Counted from the stretch's first letter, positions 26,850-46,676 are shown. The stretch is 64,000 nt of DNA from Nymphaea colorata (GCF_008831285.2 NC_045138.2:16554001-16618000), one strand, 5' to 3'. Program-made: numbers and translations. Notes: generated from the letters alone by a model not told the origin.

Positions 26850-27420
26850 TTCGATTAAGGTGCCCTGAACAAGGGACTTTCTTGTTTGGCCTGCCTTGTC
26901 TTTTGGACTGATGTACCAGTGATAGAGGAAGAGGGACATTGCTTATTTCAACTGGAAGGTGCTTCACTTTCCAGTGAAAGATCATCTCTCCAAGTTCTGG
27001 ATGCCACTTGCAGAAGGCAGAAGATTGGGACCCTTCTTAGGTGCCCAAGCCAAATATCCGCAGCTGGATAAACCAAAATGTGAATATTCCCATCGACAGG
27101 TTTCCCCAGGACTTGTTTGGACCTGTAAACTGGGTGGAGTCTATTTGGTTTTTTAATAAGGTTTTCTCCTAATACTATAATTTCAGCAAATACAGAAGAG
27201 CCTTGGTTTGAGATTAAAATGGTAACCTTTGGTTATGGTAAGATATTCGAAATCTGTAAGGGAGCCTTCAACTTTGAGGAGGTCATTATAGCTTACACGA
27301 GCAAGGCTGAGTCACTCCCAAGAGTGATTTTTCTCTTACCAACAAGAATAATCTTATATCTTCATGCCATGGCTCTGTCCACCTTGGACGGATGATTTGT
27401 GATTGTTGCTGTTGAGTTGA
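26850..27420 (-). mobile_element. Decayed LINE reverse-transcriptase relic
   Basis: Minus-strand remnants appear in the expected order: HPSK (cf. KAPGPDG), LTDFEYLTI (cf. DFRPISL), SLVQGTL (cf. GLRQGDPL). Heavily mutated. Confidence 0.35.
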
Positions 27421-27499
27421 TGTCATGGCTTCCTGTCCCTTGTTCACCCCACAGATTGAATCCTGTTGAAGACAGGAATGGGGCAGACCATATTGTCAT

Positions 27500-27578
27500 G
27501 GGTTGAATTGGTCTCCCCTTATTGGATAACCTTCAGGATCGACTAGCAAGAAAGGGTTGAATTGGTCTCCCCTTATTG
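27500..27578. repeat. 25-bp exact direct repeat, period 54
   Basis: gggttgaattggtctccccttattg at 27500-27524 and 27554-27578. Confidence 0.9.
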
Positions 27579-28049
27579 AACCCGTTTTTCAATGTGAAAA
27601 TTTTGATCTTGCGTGCTACAAGATGGAACTCACGTTTCCCTTTTAGGTATTTGTTCAGCCACTTTGGAAAAGTTTCACTTTCACATGAAAAATGAAAATG
27701 GGTCTCAATTTCTCACATTTTTGTGGAAAAACAAATTCTTACTTTGGATATTGAACTTTATATGTCCTTCAAAGTACCCAATCCTATACCATGAAACCAT
27801 AACTAAAGGCTGTATTCTGGCAAACAAACCTTGTGTATGCATTCAACATCATGATTTATTTGGAAAGAATGATACCTTAGATCATATCATTTGGATCCAA
27901 AAATGAGAATTTCTAGTCTTAAAAATTGGACATGTGGGCAGTGAATATTCTAAGATATTAAGATACATTAATGCTAAAATCATATGTTTTTCAATAGCAA
28001 ATACATGTAGATCACATCCCTAATGTTTGTTGAATAAAAAATTATCATT

Positions 28050-28248
28050 GAATTGGGTGGGTGGCTGGGTGCAGTATATTTATAGGTTAAATTTTTATAT
28101 ATTATATTATATATATGTATTTATTATAATCAGGCCAGACCATGTTCGAACTGCAGGCATGGGATGATGGGCCACGGCTTGGGCTGAGACCGAGACCGAG
28201 CCCGAGCCCGAGCCCGAGCTAGGCTCCCTGGCCCGACGCCTAGCCCTG
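28050..28248. mobile_element. Right half of a hAT-type MITE just upstream of the WD40 gene
   Basis: An AT-rich core, then (CCGAGA/CCGAGC)n and ggcccg repeats ending in tagccctg. Confidence 0.5.
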
Positions 28249-28675
28249 TTGAGAATTTGAAATATGATTTTTTATTTAAATGCTTTCTCGTGGCTAACCC
28301 AAGCGACTGAATGGGGATATGACCGAACTAAATCTGGCCTCTGGATCCAAGACTGGTGCATCCGGATCCATTTCCCAGAGTGGGGAGCATACATAAGCCG
28401 ATTCCACCCGCCGGCAACCGCTGCAGAAGGGAGACCGGTTGAAGGGGCGTAGGGGAGAGGAAAGGACCGACGCAGAGTGGAGAGAGAGGAGAGGAGAGAG
28501 AGGCCGACGCCTTCTTCCTCTCTTCTCATTTCTCATCTCTCCATTCGGGCTGGTGAAGCAGCTTTCGGATATATGCGCGGCAATTGACGGTTGATTTTAC
28601 CAGATCTACGCGGGAACTTCGACGGCGATGAACTAACTTTCCCGATCTTACAAGTTAGGCGAAATTGAGGCGGCA

Positions 28676-35228
<6,553 letters not shown>

Positions 35229-37268
35229 CCCAAGCCCCGGCGGTAACAGTGATTGTACAAGTTTTGTTGTGATTTTCCATTTTTGTATATCCTCTGTGAA
35301 ATTTACTAGATTCGTGTTCATGGCAACAGGAAAAAGAAAAGAAAAAAAAAAGGAAATGAAAGGAAATCATAAAAGAAGGAATTTTTTGTGTATCATATCC
35401 ATTCTTTTATGAAAGGAAAAGGTCTGTTGATTTTTATTCGGATTTACCACCACCAACTTATAATGTTCCAAGAATAACCACCATCGGGTTAAGGGGGAGG
35501 GTGAGTGGATCCATTTCCAAATCTGAACAATGAATACGAATTTCTTTTCTATCCCAAGATTTCCAATATGCAGCCATATGTGCTCTTAAGTTGCCAGATA
35601 AGTGCGGCTGTGCTTAGACTGAAATGGTTAAAGTATCTGATATCCAGACCTAGGATTGGGGATGTCAACGGATTGACCTCAGATTAAATATAGTTGTTAC
35701 CATATTGTGACTGCTGCTTAATTGGAGAGGGGGACAGATTTTGTTGAAATATTTATAAAAAAAGGTCTATGAATATATTCGAATTTTTTCTTGTAAACGG
35801 TTTAATATGCCGAAAATATGATATTTATTAGAGTTGGTAACGCAAATTTTATACCATGTCTACATTTGATTACCATGTCGAATCCAATTACTTGAATTCG
35901 GAATCAAAATTGAATGGCGCAATATATAAACCGGCATCTCTATCGAACTTCGAAGATGCGAGCCTGCTTGTTTATTTCCTCCTGTAAGAGAACAGCAAAA
36001 TTCGTGTCTAATTGAAGCCTATTGTCGGTTCGAATCAGACCTGGAAGCTGTTAAGAAATCTAAAACAATAGTGGTTCTATGAGCATCCATCTTCCTTGCA
36101 TGCCTAGTCCCATAGGCTCTGATTTGTTTCCACGCAAACGGGACAGAGTCGCAGCCAGAAACAGGTAGAAGGTTTCGTGAGAGGTACACAAATATGTAAA
36201 CTTAGAGTCATTAGTGAGCAGCAATACCAATATACGCAGTTCATTTCACACGAGCCAACCCTGAACTTTCCTTTTTCCCACTTAAAAGATCCCTCATATT
36301 TTTATGTTCGTTTCTCTTGAAACTTACATGCAATATGAGAATCTTGGATGGAAAATTATTTAGGAGGGGATTTTCGAATTTACACATCCATCCCCTGTTT
36401 TCTGGGGTTTCACAAGCACATCACTAACAATTTAAAATTGTTCATCGATACTATATTTTAGACAATTTATTGTCTGAATAATTGGCATAAATGTCGGTAA
36501 AAATAGTTAAATAGGACAACCTTAAGTAGAATAGAAGTTTTTTAGTAAGATAAACTCATTTTACAGGATTGGTATAGATGAAATGAAAATGGATGGGTTT
36601 ATCAGTTGCAATAGTGGAGGAACAAATTTGTTAACTACCTAAGACAAATTACGGATAAATTTTGAAAAATGCCCTGTTTACTTCTGAATCGAATGCATAT
36701 TTGGTGTGGACAAATACGCCAGGTATGAATCAGAATCGTAAAACACATTACCAGATGACTTTGCATGCATAATCCAGATGGAATCATGCTCGTCGAGAGT
36801 TATGAACGACTAGATGAATGAAGACATTGAAGCGTAGTTGGCAAACCCATGACTCGGAGTCGAATCGACAGATGACAAGATCATTGGGATACTGATATGC
36901 AAGCTAAAGTATTGGGAGAACATTATCTTAAGGCACCGAAAGCAACCCTAAACTCTGGGAGGATAAAAAAAATGGGGGAAAACTTCAGCCTTCACTCAAG
37001 TGGTGGGAAAAGCCTCCCACTCACCCAAAAATACCAAACTTTGCCATTCTACACTACAGCTTGAACTTTATATAGTTAACCCTTAGAATGCATCTGGTCG
37101 AAGGTATCCTAGATTTTTCATTTCACAAATATGGTGAGTTAAGTGGTATGGTTTTTAATATTGTTTCAGAAAGAAAGGAAAAGCAGGCATGATTTTATTT
37201 GTCAAAGTCCACATATGTAGCAACTTCTTGATTGCGGTTAGGTGTTATGACCACCATGTAAGTTGATT

Positions 37269-37300
<32 letters not shown>

Positions 37301-39221
37301 CACACACACAAATATATATTTATATATTTATATTTATACATATAGAGAGAGCAAAATTGACAGAGTCATCCAGCTCATTCATGTGGCATGTTCAATCTAT
37401 CGTAATGGACGATTGAAAGAAAAACAAGGAGAAAAAAAATGATGGGCATTTTTGTTATCTAACCTTTCATCCATATAATTTTGGTCCTTTCAATCACACA
37501 TCCGTGGTCGGATTATAAGAAAAAATAGCTAAGTGATGTTCCTCATTGTAAGTTGGATCCTGCAATTCTTTTTAAACAAGGTTAAAACCATGTGATCAAT
37601 AATTAAAATCTTACTTTCTCAACTATCTTCCCTCATACAAGGCACATACTTTCTTAATATGTTTATTTCAGGATCCCGCACAAGATCTGTTGTGGTTTTA
37701 GGGAATGACCCTTTCTCCGTAAAGTTTCCCAATTTATTAGCAATTTTCTCGTTATTTTCTATCTCTACTCTTCCTCGACAGTCTCATTGTATCCACCTTC
37801 AGGTTATAGACTATAGAAATAGTTAACAAAAACTCCCAGTCTTTGTCTATAAAACAGTTCTAAGACAATTTCATCGAAGGCCATAATTTATGCATGACTA
37901 GAGATGATTTTGGAAACTAAATGTCATACTTTTATAGGAGTCCTTAATTTTATTTTGGGAAAACTAATTGAACTGTTGTCATTTCCCTATTGAAAATCAG
38001 AAGAATCAACAGAGTTTTTTTCATTTGCAAATATAATATTATGAAGGTCGGATGATGAACTGTTCAAACTTTTTTGGGTTTGTAAAACCTTAGCTGTACG
38101 TTAAGAAAAGTTTATTTTTACATCAATTTCTAGATTTTTTTGGTATATATAAAGATAACATGCATGTAGCTTCACTAAAAAAAAATTATTAACAACTCAT
38201 GTCTTATCTATTAAAGTATGGTTAAGTGGTAAAATATTATTTCTAAACAATGCCCTCTAACTTTAGATTATTGGGACCATGATGGACAGAAGAATGAATG
38301 TGCCCAAACATTCAAGAAGGATGTGGCAAATTTCAAAAATTGCTAAAGAAGTGGGTCAGGGTGGTGAAGTTAATGGAAAAGGTTACCACCTGACAAGAAA
38401 TGAAATTTATTGCAGTTGTATACAACTCTCGTAATATTTTTTGGGTCATTAATTGATTGATCAGATCGAGGCCGCGGATTTAATAGTATTTCTTAACACG
38501 AAATTTCTTAATTTTAAAGCGAACAAACAACCATAGTGAATTGAAACTTAAATTGGTTTTCTGAAACAACTGAGAATAGCTTTCGAAAAGTCTAACTTTC
38601 TCAGCCCGTCTTTACTACATCGGTAGCTCTCTATAATCAAAGTGAAGGATGGATTCAGAAAACTTCAATAAGAGAAGGTTGGATGTGGTAAATTGTTAAT
38701 AAGATGGAGTTATTCAGGGAAAAATTATAATTTATTTACCATGTTTTTTATTGTTATAATAGTTCTTGATTAATTATTTTCACTGTGGAAGGCTAACCAG
38801 AGTTGGCTGCTTTAGTGGATGGTTACAATTATGAAACAAACTATTGCAAATTTGACAATCTCACTGGAAAAAAACAAGAAGTGAATGCAAGTGTTATCTT
38901 CAAATTCATGCCTGATCTGTTGCAAGTTAAATTCGCCTTGTCCTAGTTTTTAAGGTCAAATTCGTCAATTGGAACTACTTCTCCAACTCAGCTATCTTTT
39001 AAAAAGGAGAGAAAGAAATGTGTTAATAAAATGATGTTACTCTAAGTACATGATTACATTAAGTTGGTAAGCAAGATTAAAGCAAGAACATGTTAGAATT
39101 TCCCCCAAAAGGCAAATATCATGAATTGATTTGCTAATAGCAACAAGGATGAGCTTTCTCATGATGTTTCCCTCCTAAGGTTTAGTACATGGGAGATTGG
39201 ACTCCATGACGGGTCCCCTAC

Positions 39222-39343
39222 CACTAGGGGAGCCAAAAATTTTAACTGGTGGGGCACTGGTTCAATAATCTTAATGTTTTAAGGGGCACGTGAGGCTGGT
39301 GTGGGCAACTGCCCACACTAGCCACCATGTGGCTCCGCCACTG
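39222..39343. mobile_element. Short hAT-type MITE (122 bp)
   Basis: Ends CACTAGGGGAGCCA / TGGCTCCGCCACTG (11/14 inverted). Degenerate 8-bp TSD tcccctac / ccatctac. Confidence 0.7.
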
Positions 39344-39773
39344 CCATCTACTATACTAACCACAGCCCGAGCCAATGAAGTAGTCCCTTTGGGAAATCTT
39401 TGATAAGAAGTGCCGTGTCATAAAGCCATCTCTCTGTCTCTCCTGGACATCCTGATCTAAAAAACAATTAATTAAACCAAAAAATGGTTTTGTCAGCCGT
39501 CGTCCTGCCCTTTTAGCAACTCTTCAATCCGCATATGAAAAGCAATCTTGTCTCTTTGAGAGAGAGAGAGAGAGCAATAGTTATTATAGTAGCCAAATCC
39601 AGCCAACAACTCCAGTAGTTAGGAACTTAAATGCTGTCAACTATAGAAAAATACAGTTATCAAGAAGAATCCACTAATAAATTGTCTACCTAAACAATTA
39701 ATACTATCAGTAAATGCACATTCGATCCATGTGCAATTAATGCAGCCGCTACCCAATCTTTCTTTACCTTTTC

Positions 39774-39778
<5 letters not shown>

Positions 39779-39838
<60 letters not shown>
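39779..39838. repeat. Compound (CT)n(AT)n microsatellite
   Basis: Read directly from the sequence. Confidence 0.95.
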
Positions 39839-39841
<3 letters not shown>

Positions 39842-40623
39842 CAAATAATGAAAAAATGGAAGACTACCTTCCACAGAAGTCTTGCTTCATATGAATCATT
39901 TATTGTTTTCATACAGTAAAGTTGACTTTAACATGGTTTTCGAAGTTATCTTTAAATGCTTCCATGTTGATGAACAGCAAACTGTTATATTTGTTTATTG
40001 TATCAATCTTTCGATGCACTCAAAGGTGAAATAAACCAACTGGCATGTCAAAAAAAGAAACCCGCGAAACATCCATGGCATTTTCATAAACAATGACCGG
40101 TTAAAGTAACAGCTTAAAATCCATACCAATGTCAATATATATATATATATATATATAACCACATGCATACACAAAATTTGTGGCGATAGAGCAAACGCTC
40201 TAAAGGACAATAGATAAGAAATTGAAACGACATATATATAAGCATCACATCGCCTCTTGAATGGCAGTTGCAAACAATGGAGGTAGGGCTAGCAGATAAT
40301 GTTGCCACATGGTTTCAAGGATGAACCTTACTGCATGTGTTCCAGATCGCTCCTGCTTATCTGGAGGATATGCTCAAACTTTTCTTCATCATACCAAGAA
40401 GATAAGGAGCTCGACATCGGCAGCTAAAACACGGAACAAGTTCCAGAAAAAATTGCAACAAAAGCATGGCCCTCCACTAAACCGATAAGGTCTCCATGCA
40501 ACCTGGACAGTTTATGTCACTATATATTTATATAATGTCTTATTTATACAGTGGCAAAGCAAATCTTTAATTAACACTTCAAGTAACACTGAAAAACACA
40601 TAATAATGACAAATGCTGGATGA

Positions 40624-40669
<46 letters not shown>

Positions 40670-41628
40670 GTCTAATCAAGGCCCGATGCATTATATGGAG
40701 AAGGTGTGATTAAACATGTTTATGGACTGATGCAATGCTTCAAGTGAGTGTGATTAAATATATATCCAAATGCATTGCATTGAATGGTGTGCTGTGAGAG
40801 GCTCAAGGATTTATCTGTCCAAACTTGTAGAGAGAATAGATTTTGGCTATCTACGGTCGCTCACTGGGCATTTTTCCAAAACAGTCCATCTAAAGCAGAT
40901 GAATAGTTGAGAGAAAAACAATGAGAAACATATGTAAAGTAATAATAGTATATGACTAAAATGTCTATCATTTTTTCTCCTTCATTTTCTCATACTCATT
41001 CATTATGTTAGATCAGACAACCTTAGTTAAATGGCTAAGTGACTTTGAAAAGTTAGAGCTACCATTCAGTTAATATATATATATATATATATATATAATT
41101 GAGCTTGCACTTGCACTTGTCCACCAATATAAGAAATAGAAAGGAGGAAGTTTTGGGGTGGCTGCTTTATCCAATGAAAATTGGGATGACAGGTTGACAT
41201 GATTTGATAGGTATAGTGACATAAAGGTCGATCATGTGAAGTTGGATTATGAAGTATTTGAGTCAAAGTGTTAGACAAGGACCTAACTAGCTGGTTAGTG
41301 GTAGCGCCTATAAAGATAAGATTGTTGGGGTTGCAACCCCAAGCCACTAGCCCCACTTGCCTTCCTATCCAAGAGACATGGACATATCACATAATAATTA
41401 TTTGTCCCCATGCACCACAAAGTTTGTGGCTTACGTATGAGGTCAATATCAATAACTGTATATATATGTTCGTATTCATATGTGGTGCATGAGAACTATG
41501 AACAGTTGTGACAGTTGAGATTCGGTAAAAGCTTATGTACAATACAACGTACACTTGGTCGCTAGCCTGAGCCATGATCAATGTTTGACGAATCGGCCAG
41601 GTTGCTGACTCAGTTAGATATGACACCG

Positions 41629-41696
<68 letters not shown>
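41629..41696. repeat. Long (TA)n microsatellite
   Basis: More than 30 TA units, immediately left of a solo LTR. Confidence 0.95.
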
Positions 41697-41699
<3 letters not shown>

Positions 41700-41706
41700 T
41701 GACAAG

Positions 41707-41896
41707 TATAACACCCCAAATATTTAGTTCCGTATCGAAGATTGCAAGAGATCTTCAAGTGCTTATAAAGGGGGTTTCTGAATAGATGGTTGTCTTGGTT
41801 TCTAGCCTTTTTCGGGTTAGAACCAAAGCTGCTAGGGAGCGAGTTGGGATCCATCGAACCAAGGGCCCGAGCCCAAGAGTAGGTCGGGTTGTCACA
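41707..41896 (+). mobile_element. Small solo LTR (190 bp, TRIM-sized)
   Basis: Ends TATAACACCCC (a mutated TGTAAC) ... GGGTTGTCACA. Perfect 5-bp TSD ACAAG at 41702-41706 and 41897-41901. Confidence 0.85.
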
Positions 41897-42399
41897 ACAA
41901 GTGGCACATTTGGAAAGAGGTGGCATAGATTCAATCAGAATCAGCTGATTTCTACAACACTGATGGCGAGATTTTAGCTTGCCAAACTTTTTAGCTGAGT
42001 AGTCCTTATTTATACGGTTGATTTGAGAGGGATGGATTTAAATATATATTTTTTTTGGCATTGTGCAACTTTGATGTTTCAATTTTATATGAATTTTAGA
42101 AAAGAATAATTTAATAATTGATGTTTATCGACTCAACCATATGGATCACACTTATCCAGTCAAATTTCATTAAGATAACTATTAAGAAGAATAAGTATTG
42201 GTATGATAAGGCTTTGGTGAATCCCAACTAAAGGGCTGGATAATGCGTGCTGGTAAAAGGAAAACTTTAATGATAATGATATGCTAGAAAGTAAGGTCTC
42301 AAGTTATCCTTGACAAAAGATTAATTCATTGAAATTTAAAATGACAAATATGGCTGAACTTCTCACATTAACTGATCTGATGTAAAGAGAACTATGTGA

Positions 42400-42740
42400 A
42401 TCATAGGATATAAACAGTTCAGATTTGGGTCAGATCTAGCTTTTGACAAATTTAACTTAATTGTGCTCTTTGTAATCGGATTTTGAGGTTCAGATCATAT
42501 TTTCAAAACCGAATTCAGATTGAGCTACCTAATTAACATCCCATATTTCTATGTAATTAGGTTAAATTTTTAGCATGTCGCATATAGATACATACATACA
42601 TACATATATATATATATATCAGATCCGAATTCGGAGAGAATTAATTTGATTAGAAACTGGATCCAAATTTTTAACCAGATTCTGCAGAAGGGTTTCAAAT
42701 TTGGAGCAATAATCCGATAGATTTGATCAGTTACATGATC
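42400..42740. mobile_element. Decayed MITE remnants with GGAT/ATCC(G) subterminal repeats (similar relics at ~6660-6760, ~7190-7470, ~35480-35700, ~44520-44620, ~45030-45520)
   Basis: Clusters of cagat/ggatc/atccg motifs with end-like sequences (taggatataaac ... aacatccca). Confidence 0.45.
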
Positions 42741-43379
42741 ACCAGTGAATTATGGAGTTCAACCTTTTCTCTTTTTAGTGTATGAAATTTTTTCTTTTTT
42801 AATTCTCAATTGGTAAAATAGGGTTCACACTTATACTAGGGCCTGAATTGACCACGTCAAATCAATCTCAAACATCCCCACAAGGTGGATGAAGTTGCTA
42901 TTGGCTATAGAGGTTGCGCCTCCAAGAAGCAAAGAACAAAAATTATGAACCATAAAGTTTATCCTTTGTAGTTGGGATAAGGCTCTATAGTAATGGTGAT
43001 ATGATGCTTAGCATTTTTTATGTATACGCCATAAAATATTGCTTTGAGCTTCAGTTTTTTTTCATGATCCCGATTGTTTCACTAGAAAAATAGGAAGAAG
43101 AAATTTCTTAGTATTATAATTAAATGTCACATCATATAAGGAAGAATTGAAATCATCTTGAGCTTCATCCAATCACAGCTACTCGATGCATTGAATCAGT
43201 GTACTGTAAAAGGCCGCAAGAAAAGAACCCAAAGAGAGAAATCCACAAATCCTTGTATAAAATATGAATATGACCATAATAAGTGTATAAAATGTTTTAT
43301 GCTATAAATGTTGCAACAACAACACGCTACATGTACAATAGGCAATTAAAATATGGACTTGTGTAAAAAAAATTATGTC

Positions 43380-44210
43380 TCTTCACCATTATTGAAACCA
43401 CCAATGTCATATTTCACTCCACAAGAAACCAATGAGCGAGCTTGGAGCCAACAGATCCACATGGCTCATGGAAGGTCAGCCCACTTTTAGTGAACCCTGT
43501 TCCAGATGACGACCCCATCAAACAAGGAGCTTGTTCTGTTCAAGTAAAAAGAGTCCAATAATTTGATCAAGCAAGCAGCCATTGGCACACTGAACTAATA
43601 ATACCCACCATTTTCCATTAAGGACAAGCTCTTGAAGATGCATGTGAAGCCACAAACAGCCCACACCAAGGGTGTGCCAGATCTTGTCCTGGCTCAACCA
43701 GCTGGACCTGCCCTGCAACTAAACCAAATGAAGTTGGGGAGCACTAATAAAAAATTCATGCCATTATTGGATCAATGTTCTGATCATGGAGTAGCCATGT
43801 GGGTTTCGACAGTCGGCCATTTGGTTCTTAGATTCTTTCGAATCGTTAGACTGGAGGCGTCAAAATTGAAGAAGGTCAAGAGTTCAATACCCACCTAAGT
43901 TGGCGGATATCTGGTAAAAGGTTCGCCTTTATTGATCTCAGGCCGCGATCAAGGGAAAGGCAAAGGAGAAGAGAAGTGGTTAAGTTAGTAACCATCCCCA
44001 AGAGCCATGCAAGAGGAACCTTAAGACCAAAAGCTAATGGGCTGTGTTTGTGTCCCATCAAAGATCACATTCACAAAGAGTGCATCTTCTTTAAGGAACA
44101 ATGGAGGCAGAAGGGGACAAAGTTCATTTTGTCCCCTTCCATGGTGTAGGGTGCAGTCATTTCACAGGCTCAACTTGTGTCCCAATCTTTGCGGGAATCT
44201 GCCAAGTTGA
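43380..44210 (-). mobile_element. Decayed LINE reverse-transcriptase relic
   Basis: Minus-strand LNGKWWVLLVQC followed by GRHLEQGSL, resembling the L1 RT 'KW-x-x-x-I-x-x-C ... RGLRQGDPL' region. Many disruptions. Confidence 0.35.
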
Positions 44211-44689
44211 AACCCTAGCCAATTCAAGGATGCCATGTGTCAACTTTTGCTATTTAAACAAATATTTTTAAATTGTTTTTATATGTTTTTTAAAAATAAT
44301 TTTATTTTATTTTTTATCTGTTTACGAAGTAAGTTTACCAATTTGATTCTATATTGTAGTCATTAGAGGAAATAACGTTACTCTTGAGTCCCATTTTGAT
44401 TGAAGTGGCTATAGAGTCTGTGTTCATTGACAAAATCTAAGAAAAATGGTCTTCAAATTATTGGGGAGATCATGTCCACGGCACCTTGATTGGCGCTGCA
44501 AAATGCAATTGTTGTTAACATAAGATTTGGATTTGCCGATCCAGAAGCTGTTCATACATTCATTAAATTCCACCCGGATCAGTATCTGATCCAAATGCGG
44601 TGCGGTTTCTAAACTTTCCCTCAGATCCAGCGATAATGTCTGTGTTTTAGTGACGATTCGGCGACCGAAACGGAGAGAGCGATTCCCGA

Positions 44690-44928
44690 TCCGGGACGAG
44701 CACAGGGATCGGAGTCCGACTCTCCCTCTCACTAACGGCGCCGTCGATTATGGCGGGTGTGGCGCGCGGGGACTACCTAACGGCCCCGTCCCGCGCCGTT
44801 AAATTTGGGGATGGCGCTGGCGCCAATCAGGGCGGATCTCCCGCGCTCTTCCCCACGTCTGCAATCATGCGGTCATTTTCTCTCCCCACTTGCGCGCCTT
44901 CCTCCATGTGGGCCCCGCGCACCCTGAA

Positions 44929-44962
<34 letters not shown>

Positions 44963-44980
44963 TATTAGGGTTTGCGATGC
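44690..44980 (+). promoter_or_regulatory. CpG-rich promoter-like island with MSA-like, E2F-like, site II and telo-box motifs and a CT tract
   Basis: CTAACGG 44732-44738 and 44777-44783, CCGTTAA 44796-44802, TGGCGGG/TGGCGCGC/TGGCGCCA, CCAAT, TGGGCC 44909-44914, (CT)n, TAGGGTTT 44966-44973. Confidence 0.5.
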
Positions 44981-46399
44981 GTTTTTTCAATCTGCCGAAA
45001 GTGCCCCTGCCTCCTGCTTTCATGACAATTCTCATCGGATCTGGATTTAGAAAACCTAACCTCGGACCCAGACGGAACCATAAAGATCAGGTACAGATAA
45101 TACCCATTATGAAGGACCCGACCCGGCGTAATAGGGACCTGGTCAGCGACTTGAACTCGGTAGAGGATCCGAATCAGGTCCGTACCACTGGTGCTGTCTG
45201 ATCTGACAGCGGGTCCATTGTTTCCATCAAAAAATGCCGGATCCGAGATCTTCTTGGTTTGTTTCATTGTCGTAAAATGGATCCCTTCGGTCGCCAAGTT
45301 TGATGCTGGAGTCCCCGACGGAAAATGTCAGATGGTTCAGGTCCGGATCCAGTTATTAAGAATCCCCATGTTGTTGGACCTGTATCTGGACCCACATGAC
45401 TCGCGCCCCGGAATATTACAATTCGTGCAGTATATTTTTTTCAAGAAAAGGATTCCAATTTCTAATCGGGTCGGAGTTTGGACCAAGCAGACCGTGTTAT
45501 AATGCGCAACCGATTGTCAGATGTGGGTCCAAGCCAAGTAACCCTTAGACCCGACCCGAAGGCGACATCGAAGGAACCGTACACGTCTTTCATGTGGGAC
45601 CAAGAGCACCCGATCCAAGGGTTTTAGACGTCTTGCTTCTTTTTCAGAAGGCTTTTCTAATAAATTGGAGTTCGTTCGTATCATGAAGCAATATGTTACG
45701 TCCACGCATGCATAGAGAGGGTTCTCTCTCTCATTTATTACTCAATATTTTTTTTTGGTGATAATAAAAACTAAAACCATGGGAATGAATTGTAGTTGCA
45801 TATTATATCATTTGCAATAGTTTTTAGAATTGTATATGATAATAATTTTAGTTGAGTTGGTTTCTGAAAAAGTTATAATATTTGTTGTTGAGCCATCCTT
45901 TCTATCTTTGTACTTTACAGTTTAAAAAGCAATGCATAGTTTACATGTTAATATCTGAAGCAAAGTTACAAGTAGTTTTTATATGACACCAAGCGATGAC
46001 ATTAAATCTTATTTTATGACTTAACAGCTTAAATTTATGCCGTGTTGGTTTTTTAAGATGCTTTGTTAATGTAACTAATGAGAAGCTTAATTTGGTTGTC
46101 AAAATAATAAATTGTGACTTTATTTAAAGTTTTGGAAGGCTGGCAATTTGCTTAACGTGCACGACCCTATACAATTAAAAAACATACATTTAATGTATGA
46201 TTTTTTAATAATTAAGTCTGCATTTTGCAAAACATAAAGTTAAACAATTTAAGCTTTTAGTGGACTTAATCTGTCTAAACTTCAAACCTGGCTTGCTAGC
46301 CCCGTTCATTGGGGGCAGTCCATTTGGACAAGCTTAGTTCGATCGGGGTCAAGTCGAAGAGGCCTTGACCCAGAATTTAGGCTCAGTTTGAGTTATATA

Positions 46400-46553
46400 T
46401 GTAACGTCACGCTTCGAAAAGTTTAATCTCCTACATAAGATCGTGAAGAATCCTAGAAGACTTAAGTGAAACTATTTTTCCAGTTTGAACCAAAACGGCC
46501 ATGTTGAGATCCATCAAACCAAACCTAGTGTAAGAGTAGGTCGGGTTGTGACA
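46400..46553 (+). mobile_element. Second, more eroded solo LTR of the same family as 41707-41896
   Basis: TGTAAC ... GGGTTGTGACA. Shares gaaccaaa, gatccatc(g/a)aaccaa and aagagtaggtcgggttgt(c/g)aca with the 41.7-kb copy. TSD not clearly preserved. Confidence 0.75.
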
Positions 46554-46588
46554 GTGATATTATAGACAATTCAACACTTGTTCTTTCC

Positions 46589-46592
<4 letters not shown>

Positions 46593-46666
<74 letters not shown>
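46593..46666. repeat. Long (AT)n microsatellite
   Basis: More than 30 AT units. Confidence 0.95.

Positions 46667-46676
<10 letters not shown>

Noticed and set aside
41897..41915. PBS-like 'tggcac' after the LTR, suggesting a full retrotransposon
   Set aside because: The 5 bp after the LTR duplicate the left flank (TSD), so it is a solo LTR, and there is no tRNA-complementary PBS.
41387..41926. 179-aa minus-strand ORF, the longest in the ORF track
   Set aside because: An artefact of reading through a solo LTR and a stop-free (TA)n tract (YIYIYI).
44424..45502. Several ~100-aa ORFs on both strands
   Set aside because: Explained by high GC content and MITE repeats. No recognisable protein.
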